DNA of 64,000 nucleotides from the human T2T-CHM13v2.0 reference genome, Homo sapiens: NCBI RefSeq assembly GCF_009914755.1, contig NC_060926.1; one strand, 5' to 3'. Shown piece by piece: positions 14,084 to 25,560 of this stretch (position 1 is its first letter; each line of letters starts with the position of its first letter). The notes under the pieces were generated by a model. It saw only the letters and a program-made list of their open reading frames with translations, ran no database searches and was not told where the DNA came from. The position numbers and the translations under genes were made by a program.

Positions 14084-14803
14084 AGATCATGATAGCCCGT
14101 GGGTTTTGCCACTTCCAGGAAGCCCATGTGACCTCTGCCTTCTTTCCACCGTCTTTATCTCGATCAAATGCTACCTTATAGTGCTATTTAATCATTTCAT
14201 GGGAATAGTAACTAAAATTTAAACAAGGGGCTCTCATCTTTCTTTTCAATTTTATGCCATGCCTAGCAAAGTGCTGTCCCCAAAGAGATGTTTAAAAATC
14301 ATTGGATTAAATCTTTAGGTTCACCCCTCTGTGTATTTAGTAGGAAGTTCCTCCAGCAGGAATGTCCATTCTTTTTCTCTACCTCTGAACTTCTAGCATC
14401 TTGTCTATGCCCATTGTCCACCTCTCTTCTTCCACAGGGACTTTCCTTACCACTTTAGGCCTCAGTGATCTATCTTTCCTTCCCTCAAAGTCACAGCACC
14501 TTGTGGTCACTCACCTGATGATTCATCAAGATAACTTTTACATTATTGTCTTAACAGTGTAACTATAACATAACATATATAACATATATGTAAATATAAC
14601 ATAACTTACATATAATTTACATATTACATAACACTAGCTGTGTTATATGTAAATATAACATAACTAATTCTGCAGTGTAACTATAACATAATGATGCATT
14701 TAAAAGATGGGCAGAGGAAGAGGAGAAAAGAAACTGACAAGGAGACGTCAAGCAAGTAGGAAGAAAACTTGGAGAGTTCAGATGTCCTTGAAACTAGGAG
14801 AAG

Positions 14804-15166
<363 letters not shown>

Positions 15167-16509
15167 TCAAATAAGGTACAGACCACAAAAATGAGTTTTA
15201 GCAGCATGGAAGTGAGAGATGTTTCAGTGAGCCCAATGATATGGGCTGAGGAGGGAGTGGGTAGTAAGAAAAGAAAATGGAGACTGAAAAATAACAACAA
15301 GGGACAGAGAGGAGAGGGTTAGGTGGTAGCTGGGCAGAAATGTGAGGTGAGGAAGGGTTACAATTTTTTTTAAAAGGGCTGAGACTTACTGAAGGAAAAC
15401 AACCGGTAGAGGGAACGAGGGTGGAGAAGAGAAGTGAGGGGTGATCCACAGAGCAGAGTCCCTGGGAAGCAGGGCTGGGTGGTGCGGCCAGGAGACAGGT
15501 GGAGGCCTGAGCCCAGCCACCTGCTTCCATGATACCTGGTGGGATGGAGGAATGACATTCTTTCTTCCTTCCTAAGCTGTTGCCAGGTTTGGGGGCAAAC
15601 CCAGCTGATGGCTTCTGTGTTTTTCAGAAAAGTAAGCCCAGCTATGTGCTGGGATGACGAGAAGCAGCCTCCGAGCAGGTCCTGACCTGCTCCCATGCCC
15701 AGCACCTCCCATCCTGGAGGCGATGCCTGCAGTGGGATTGTACGGCCACTTCCCACAACCCTCACCTCAGCTTCAGGAGCTGACCTGCAGCCTCGGGTTT
15801 GGGAAAATGCAGGGGTGGTCTCTGTGGTCTGTCTGAAGGCCCTTCGAATACCTTTACCTTCAAATTCTAGCTTCTTACAAACCAAGACCACAAATCCTTT
15901 ATCTGTATTTTTCCTGAACCCACCTTGGATTTAACTGTCAAATAGATGGCCTGTGGCTCTAATGCAGCGATAAGAACAGAATTCTTCACTTTGAAAAGCC
16001 AAGTTGCTTTAAAAAAAAGTTGGGGGGCACAGTTTTGGCATACACCGAGTGACTGCATTTGACCTCCGCCTGCCTGGGGCATGTGGATAACGGCAGTGGT
16101 CCCATGCCGTGTGGTCTTCCTCTTGGCTTATCCCCCTAGCTCGCTGTTGTCCTAGTGGCCATGTACTATGTGCAGGACACTTTCATAGTCCGTTCATCCA
16201 CAGAGCAGTCCTAGCCTCTTCTAATCTCCACTTAAGAGCCAATGAAGCTTCCAGAGCGCAGGTAACTTAAGTCACACAGCTTGAATTAGACTGGACAATG
16301 AGCCACCTTTCCACCGTGGCTGCACTGTGACCCTGGGTCAAACGGCCTCATGACCAGCCCCCTCCACGCCTGTCCCCTTCTTGCCCGGGTCTGCCGCCTT
16401 TTCTGCTCCGGGGCCTTAGGAATTCTCCTGGGACTGTGGCTCCCCTCTAACTCCCCTCCCTCCCAGTTGCTTTCTGTTTTGCTGTTCTTGTGGGTCTCTG
16501 TTCTCCTGG

Positions 16510-16990
16510 CTCCGGGCCTAACGGCCGCCCCCTCCAACCTTGGCCTTGGGAAGTCTCTTGGGGCGGAGAAGAGAGGGGCTGCCTCCTGGCCCCCACCCTG
16601 CGACCCTTCGTCCCCCGCTAAGCCGGGATGGCAGGCGGACTCGCCGGACCCCTTTTTAGACCCAAGGCTCTCTTCGCCTCTCCATCCGGCTCCGGCCGGG
16701 GTGGGGTGACCTGAGGGACCCGGTAGCCGACGACAGAGAAACTAGACCGGCCAGGACGTAGAAGGGTCGCTTCCCCCAGGCTGGTCCGGGGCTGAGCCGG
16801 GCACCGCAGGGAGCGGAGACAGCGGAGGCGGTGAGAGCCTCGGGAGCCACTGGGGCGAGCGCGCCAGCGTCCACCAGAGGGCGCTGTCGGCTCGCGGAGT
16901 GGGGCGCGGGCGGCCTGGAGCCCCGCGGTGCGGCCCGGCATCAGAGCGCGCAGCGACTTTGTCACTGCAGGCTTGCCGGGTGGGTTGCAG
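16510..16990. promoter_or_regulatory. Orphan CpG island ~6 kb upstream of the PRKCE promoter island
   Basis: CpG-dense, GC-rich, non-repeat segment with GC box GGGGCGGAG at 16560-16568. Confidence 0.8.
16868..16886 (+). promoter_or_regulatory. CTCF binding motif
   Basis: CGTCCACCAGAGGGCGCTG matches the CTCF core CCASYAGRKGGCRS at every position. Confidence 0.8.
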
Positions 16991-18153
16991 AAGAGAGAAG
17001 AGACCCACCCATCCTCAAGGCACTCATTTGGGCAAGAAGGGAAGAGACCCACAAGAAGACTATTTCACACTCTTCTCATTTCAAATGTGTATAGAGCACA
17101 AAGTTGCATTTACCATGTCCAAGATACCGAGCAGCACCAACATGAGTCATCCTGGGTCTCCAAATTTAAAGACCTCTAGGGAAGTGGCAGGATCAAAGAC
17201 AGGTACCAAAGAACTATACTACAGTATATTAGGGAGAGGCAGGAACTCCAACGAGACGTGAGGAAGAAGCGGTAGGAGAGTTGAGGGAGGAGTTACAGCT
17301 TCAGCTAGGGGATGAGGCCCGGTGCATGGAGGACTTGGGCCTTAAAGTGGGACAGATTCGCAGCTTTCCAACACATGTGTTGCAACAGAACCCGTGGATT
17401 TAAGCAGTTCTGGTTACACATTCTGTTACACGCAAATGCTTATCAGTGACAAAAGGCAATATTCCTTGCCCTTTAGCCCCAGCTTGTTGATCCTGAAAGG
17501 TAAATTAGAAATAAAAATGGATTCACCAAATATCCAGAATGTGCTAGAGATATATAACCTAGTCTGAACAATCAGATCAGTCATTCTGCTAATTGGTAAA
17601 ATATCCACAGGGGAGCCTGGGAGACAGCTGTTAAACTTGGTTACAGGTAGCATCAAACCATCCGCCAAAAATACCTCAATAATTCTATTGGTATTGGGAG
17701 AGGAGACACAAAAATATAGAAGTTGAAGAACAACAAAGTCTTTCAGTCTTTTTGTTTTAAAGACTCTTATTACCAAACAACTTAAGGAAGAACTCTATCA
17801 ACATCATAGTTCCCTTGAGAATTATGTTATTATAGTATAGATTATTATTGAAAGAATTATTATATTGCACTGTGCTAAGGCTAGTTTAATTTGGAGCCAA
17901 TAAATTAAAACAAATCTAGACCTTAGGTTTATAAAAATGTTTCCAAGGAATTAAAATGTAATTGACATGATTATCATTAAATAGTGCTGCCTTGGTTCCG
18001 GCATGGCAATGTAGAAAGAACAGTCAATGTATAAGGTATAAGATTTGGGTCTAGACCTCTAGGTAGTGTTTTGGGGTTTTTTTTTCTGTTTTTTTTTTTT
18101 TTTTTTTTTTTGGCAAGTCAGTTAACTTCTCTAGGTATCAGTTTCCTCATTTA

Positions 18154-18495
<342 letters not shown>

Positions 18496-18890
18496 AAACA
18501 AACCAAGTGATCCCTCAAATCCCACAGAGTTTAACAAGTAAGTCTTCTCAGTTCTGTTGGGCCCAAATGCCTCCTTTGTGCTGCCGTGGTTCTAAAGTGG
18601 CTTTAAGGAACTGCACGTCCCATGAGGTGTTAAGCATATAACGGGGAGGGGAAAGGAGCTTGGATGGCTGCTGGTTCTGATATTAGGCAGGATTCTCCAT
18701 GTCATCTGGAGTCTTCTGTATGCAGTGGCCCAGAGCAAAAGGGAGGGAGGACGGTCAAACAGTCTGACTCTTACTGTGATTATTGCTACCCTAAGTTCCT
18801 ATAGTGCTTTCTGAGTGGGCTGATTATTTGTTATTTATTGTGTGCCACCTTGAATTACCTTTCTGCACCTGTCATTTGAGAATAGTGTCT

Positions 18891-19563
18891 ATGGCAGTCT
18901 TCAGTGCTATTCACCAAACATTCCATGCTCCTTGACAGTACAGATGGTAGAACTTCCCAGACCCTGTGGTTGGGGAAGGCGGGATCTGAGACTGGTTCTA
19001 GCTAACAATTAGTGGGCACAAATGATATTTAGCACTTCCAGATGGATTTTTTTGGGTGGGGGGCAGGTGGGGGACAGGGTCTGGCTCTGTTGCCTAGGCT
19101 GAAGTGCAGTGTCACAATCTTGGCTCACTGCAGCCTCCTCAAGCAATTCTCCCACCTCAGCCTCCCAGGTAGCAGGGATTACAGGCACCCGTCACCATGC
19201 TCAGCTATGTTTTTTTAATTTAATTTAATTTTATTTTATTTTGTAGAGATGAGGTTTTGCTACCCAGGGCCTCCCAAAATGCTGGGATTACAGGCATGAG
19301 CCACCAGGTGGACTATTTAATTGCCTGTGTAAGACCCTCCAGACATCCTTTTTCTCTCTGCCCATGACCAGCCATGTTCCAGATGGTAACTTTTTAGCCA
19401 GCCTGGATCCAGAAGTGAGAATGACGCTAATGGGAAGCAGAGCTCCCAACCAACCTGCCATAGACTTACAGCATGCATGAGAAGAAAGCTTTGTTCTTTT
19501 AAGGTGTTGGGATCTGGGGAGAGCTTATTACAGCAGCATGACCTAGCCAATCCTGACTAATAA
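18891..19563 (+). mobile_element. MaLR solo LTR (old MLT1-like), interrupted by a deleted antisense AluJ at ~19050-19305
   Basis: Ends ...ttattacagcagcatgacctagccaatcctgactaataaa, with Alu pieces inside. Confidence 0.75.
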
Positions 19564-19754
19564 AGGGCCATTTTGTGTTGTCATTTTTTGTTTCCCTAGT
19601 GCTCCAAATGACATGACATGACACTACTGACTGTTAAATAAAGGACCGACTGAATTGATCTACTCATCTCCCCAGGTAGAGTAGGGATTATCCATATAGC
19701 TATTTATCCTCCCTGGAGCACCTGCCCTAGTATCCTATATATAGCAAGTACTTA

Positions 19755-20100
<346 letters not shown>

Positions 20101-22106
20101 TCCCAAGACACAACCCAACATCTGACCCACAGAAGATGAAGAATGTTATGCTATTCTCCAAATGGCATCCTAGTGAGTAGGGCTCACAGTCACAGGCCCT
20201 GAGGAATAGGGGCACCAGGCCATCTCCTTCTGCATCCATCAGCAAGCTCGATAGGGCTGCCTCTGATCCCTCCACCTCTTTGCAGGTATTAAGTGAAGCT
20301 TGGCCTGAGTCACTGCAACAGAATATAGAGCAGAGATGGGGCCAGAATTCGGAGCTGAGATGGGGCCAAAATAAGAAGACATGGCAGGGCAGACAAAAGC
20401 CCACCACAGGAGTATAGGTGTGGGGCAAAGTTTGAAGTGGGGCTCAGGGTCGGGTGGGGGCTAGGCTGGGGCAGGACCAGCGGAGCTCTAGAAGGTTTCT
20501 GTGTCATTATACTGCTGCGCGTTCCATCCCATGGCCCAGGTGGTTGGATTCTGTTCAGCGGAGCATGTGTGGAATGTATGATAGACCCTGACCAGGCAGA
20601 CCTTTGCAGAAGCCCATTAACATTCTATAAATGGCAACAACCAGCACAGCAACAGGGACATGAATATTAACGCGCTAGTCTACGGTTCTGGCTCCCCCTT
20701 CCCCGCTTCCTCCAGCTGATCTAAACAGTATCCACAGACAGTTTCAATTTTGATTATACAGAGTGTAAATCATCTTCAGACTTGGATCTTCTCTTTGTCT
20801 AATACCCTGTTTTGAGGTGAGCCTTCTGGAGGAAAATTACAGAAGAGAAAAATATTTATCCATCACAAAATCGCCTTTGTAAAGTATTAACTCTAGTTAT
20901 GCTGCTTGCCCGCTGGAATGTTTGGTGTCTCTCCAGGAAAAAGTTGAGACCCATCTGCAGGCCCTCTGAGGTCTTAACTATCAGGTTCCTACTTACTTCA
21001 TCTCCTGTTACTACCTGCCACAAGTGGGGCACACCTGGCCGCTTACCTGAAGAGTCATGGCTTTCCTACCTGTACACATTATACTTTTTGCAGCCAGTAC
21101 CCTTCCCTTCCCTCTTTGCTGCTGGAAGAACTCCTGTTGGAAAGCCTAGACTCAGCTCAAAGGATTCTGCTGGTTGATGCCTTCCCAGGCTCCCCAGGCA
21201 AAGGGGTGATCCTTCTTCTGTGCCACTCCCATCCATAGACCTATTGCAACACTGATCGCCCTGTCCTGGCCACATCTGTTGTTCTATTCTTTTCTCATAA
21301 GCCTTAATTTTGAAAGGAGAAAGGCTCCATTTTGGTCATCTTTGTTAAATTATTGTATCATTTTCTTCCTTCTCACAAAGATTATGAAATAACTAGGCCA
21401 TAGTTGGAATCCAAAGGTCATTTTACTCAATGTATATGCTAACCACTGTCTTATCCTTTGGGATTGGAGACAGGGGCTGAGGGAAGGATGAAGCTGGCAA
21501 TAATTTCCTATTGGAATTTTACCGTCTAAGCCCCCTCCTTGGGATTTTCTTTTCACATGAAACCTGGAGCAGGGGGTTATTTTGGACCTGGCATCTCCAT
21601 GATGTCCCTGGGGAATTCAACTTTTCATTTGGCCAAGTTTGAGAGTAGGAAGGCGAGAGATTTATTTAGAAATAAGGAGGTAATAAGGGCAGGAAACTAG
21701 CAGTGTTTGCATGCAGACTACCAGCATTCTCCCTTTTTATGTAAACATTAATCCAATACAAAACATGTATTTTGTTTGACAAAGTCTTTTATTACCCTTG
21801 CTCCAAAAGAGTTGCTGTAATGGAAAGGAGACAAGCATTGGTCGCCCTTGAGAATTGCAGTCTGGTGATTTACACGGAGTAACAGTCTGCTGAGCCAGCA
21901 TGCTAGGAAATGGTGCTGGAAGTTTGTAGCTTGTTTTAAGACAGTCACTGAGATGGTAACAGACCCTATTTAATATATTTGGGGGCTGGGCATGGTGGCT
22001 CCTGCCTGTACAAGACTTACCCAAAGCAAGTAATGAGAACATATGAAGCACCAATTAGTCAAGGATCCCTAACTCCATGAAATCCTTGACTTTCCAGACT
22101 TCCCAA

Positions 22107-22366
22107 CAGGATCAGGACTAGGGTGAGATGAGTGACGCACTCGGCTCAGGTACAAAATTTAACAGGTGCCAATAAACTCAGTAGTATAAATATTTTAGTG
22201 CAATATTTAAAATTATTTAAAATGTGGATATTGTGTCCATTCTGGATTCTCACATTTTTATTTTTAAAAAATTGTATTAAATCTTTATCTTGATTACGTT
22301 TATTGGTACCCTTTACATTTTGCCTCTGAAAAGTATCTCACTCATCTCACTTTGGTGCTGGCTCTG
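22107..22366. mobile_element. hAT MITE (MER96B-like)
   Basis: caggatcaggactagggtgagatgagtgacgcactc... with a degenerate inverted 3' end. Perfect 8-bp TSD CTTCCCAA at 22099-22106 and 22367-22374. Confidence 0.85.
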
Positions 22367-24084
22367 CTTCCCAAATGCATTTTCAGAAGATCAAGCCATA
22401 TTTGCCACTGCCTTCCATCACATGCCCTGGAAAGGGGGAAAGAGGCTTCATGAGAATAGCAGAGTGGAAGGAAGAAGCAAAAGGGAAAAAAGTAATAATC
22501 AAAGAAATAAAAATTAAACAGCAATGAGATACCCCTGCTTGTGCTTTGTCAAACGGACGTATTTTAAGATATCGTATCTCCAGCTGGGGGAGTGACAGGG
22601 TAAGACAACCATTGAAATCCTGGCTTTTTACATCGGAGCTACCTAGATCATACGGAAGACTGAATCTTAGCACCATCTCTACCCAGCTGCCCTGTTCAAC
22701 AGGGCAGGCTGCGAGAAATTACTGTATTAGGAAGCTCCAGAGCGGTTGCAGGCAAAGGCTTTGCCTGTTCTTAGGAGATGGCCCTAGAACTTTTCGGATC
22801 ATTTTTGGGACGTGTTTGCTGCACTTGATATCCTGTTTTTCCAGGGGACTGCCTCCTTCCTCGCCTTTAAGCCTTTTTAGGCTTTTAAGCCGCAGGCAAT
22901 GATAACCTTTACCCACTGAGGAAAAAGTGATCGGGAGGCGCGTTTTAAATTTTGGTTTACACTAACCAGACCCGCCAGATGAACACTCAGCTTACCACAA
23001 TACCTACAAATTCCCAGACTTGACTTGGCAGAAGGGCGAGGGCGGAGGTTTTCTTTCCCCATTTGCATAATCCCCAGCTCCCCGGCAGCGGAGCCGACCT
23101 CTTCACCGCCGCCGTCTTCGCGGGTGTCCCAGCTGGGCCGCGCCCCGGGGCCCAGCGCTCCGGCCCTGCCCTCCCAGGTTCCCAGTCTCGGGCGCGGGGC
23201 AGTCCCTCGCCGGCCGCCGGCCCGGTCCCGGCTCCCAGCCGAGGAAATTTTTCCCCAGCAGCCCAGGGCTCGCCTCACGTGACCAGCCGCGGCGGTAGCT
23301 TCCAGCGAGAGTTTAAAGGTTACGGAGGAAATTAGCAAGGACACAGCCACTCGCCCCCCGGAGGGCGCGCCCCATTTTCCCGCAGCCCGGACGGCGGCTG
23401 TCAGCGCGCTGATCAGTGCCGAAGTCCCCCAAAGGGGCACCGATAAGGACCAGCGCAAATAGGAACAGTCACTTTGCAAAAAATAAGCAGACCACAAACC
23501 AAGCCGGGGCTCTACCGAGCTTTCACTTGTCAACAAGTTCTCGCAGCCTGCGAAGTCCAGGACATATCCCAAAGGGGAGAATGTCCCCAAAGAAAGGCAA
23601 GAGAGAAGAACAGAGTTTAAAACTTCACCCGAGCCATGCTTGTCCCTCCCCCTTCCCCCTCCCCCACCGCCGTGGATCACAGCGTCCCGGGACAGAGTGA
23701 CAGATGGGCCAGAACTCCGCAGACTGCTCCTGCCCGCCGCGGCCCGAGTGGGGGTGGGCAAGGGAAGGGTCCCGAGGCCTCTAGGGCAACAGGGCCCCCT
23801 CCACTCCCCCATCCCCGGCTCTAAAAGACAGTGTTGGCCGCAGGGTCCCCGAGAGATACGCGGCCCGGCGGGGCCCATCCATGGCCATCCACGGCCCCCG
23901 GCACGCGCATCCAGCCCAGCGCCGCCGCACCCCGGGGTCCCGCGCGGGGTCCCCGCCCCCCGGCTGACCCGCCCGCCGCTGCGACCCCGGGCAGCCTCGC
24001 CAGCTCTCCACCGTTGTCTCCTCGGCTCACTTTTTCCGTATTGCTCCCCCAACCGGCAAAACTTTCTATTTCCCCAAACACTGC

Positions 24085-24140
24085 CGTGCGCGCGCGCGCG
24101 TGCACACACACACACTCACACACACACACTCACACACACT
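24085..24140. repeat. (CG)6 + (CA)n alternating purine-pyrimidine microsatellite (Z-DNA prone)
   Basis: cgtgcgcgcgcgcgcgtgcacacacacacac is uninterrupted alternation over 24085-24115, followed by interrupted (CA)n. Confidence 0.92.
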
Positions 24141-24750
24141 GACGTCTTTTGCGCATTTCCTGCATTAGAGGGAGGGAGACTCGCTCGCACACCGACAGAG
24201 GGAGAGGAGACCGCGGGGGAGCGCGGGCTGGCGGGCGGCGAGCGAGCGGCAGCCGAGAGCGGGGACGCGGGGAGCGCGGAGGGCGGGCGCCGGCGCCCAG
24301 GAGGTGGGGCCGCGCTGAGTCGCAGTCCCTGCCCCGCCGCCGCGCTGCGCACCGCCCGGTGCTGGCCTGCGCCCCCGAGCCGGATCGGCGGCCGCCCGGA
24401 CTCCGAGCCCGCGCGGATGTGAGATTCCGGGCTCCTGGCGCCTCCCGATCGCCGGCTCCGGCGCGGCGCTGCTTCGCCCAGGAGGCGGCGGCCCCGGCTG
24501 GCCGTGGGGCTTGTGGATTTTTAAAAATTTGGCTCCGAGGAGGACCATTTCCTCTCGACATGCATCCCTCCGGATAGACTGAACATCCCTCCGTTCACCC
24601 CCCCGCCCCGCGCGGTCAGAGGCAGGCGCTGAGTGTGCGAAGAGGATCCGGGTTGAAATCTGCTCCCCCGGTTCTCGTCCCCGCCCCGTCCCACCGCCCC
24701 ATCCCCCTCCCGGAGTCGAAATTTCCCGGGATTATGTTTCGGAAAGGTAG

Positions 24751-24946
24751 GTAAGCGCCGGGCGCGGCGCCCGCTTTCCCGCAGTCCGGAGCCGGAGAGC
24801 CAGCGAGGCGGCGAGGCAGCCCCCGCGGCTTGCAGCGGAGCCGACAGCTCGTCTTCTCTTCTGGAGGTGCAGCTGGTGGTCGGGGGGAGAGACTTGCTCC
24901 AAACACGGACATCCCCCAGCTCTCCCCCCTCCCTGTTTTCCGTTAG
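24751..24946 (+). other. PRKCE: Putative 5'UTR intron of PRKCE (tandem donors at 24747 and 24751)
   Basis: AAG|GTAG|GTAAGC at 24744-24756. Polypyrimidine tract ctctcccccctccctgttttccgttAG ends at 24946 and is followed by G. Confidence 0.6.
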
Positions 24947-24965
24947 GAACCCGGCGAGGAAATAC

Positions 24966-25016
24966 ATGCACTGGCTGAGAATCGCCCGCGCCAGGGCGCA
25001 ACGCCACAAGGTGTAG
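24966..25016 (+). other. uORF in the PRKCE 5'UTR, 16 aa MHWLRIARARAQRHKV
   Basis: ATG at 24966 in weak context (tacATGc) to TAG at 25014-25016, ending 127 nt before the main ATG. Whether it is translated cannot be seen from sequence. Confidence 0.7.
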
Positions 25017-25116
25017 GGAGTGTGCGGGGTGGGGCGAAAGGGGACCCAAGAGTCCCTGTGGCTCGGAGTGCCGGGCCGTCGGTTCTTCATTCCTGCCCTC
25101 GGGGCAGACGGAGTGA

Positions 25117-25560
<444 letters not shown>

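Noticed and set aside
22877-24115. 412-aa minus-strand ORF and other long overlapping ORFs in the CpG island (e.g. 23640-24422, 24521-25129)
   Set aside because: Low-complexity G/A/R/P-rich translations, expected from stop-codon depletion in GC-rich DNA. Most start at non-ATG codons and none shows a recognisable domain.
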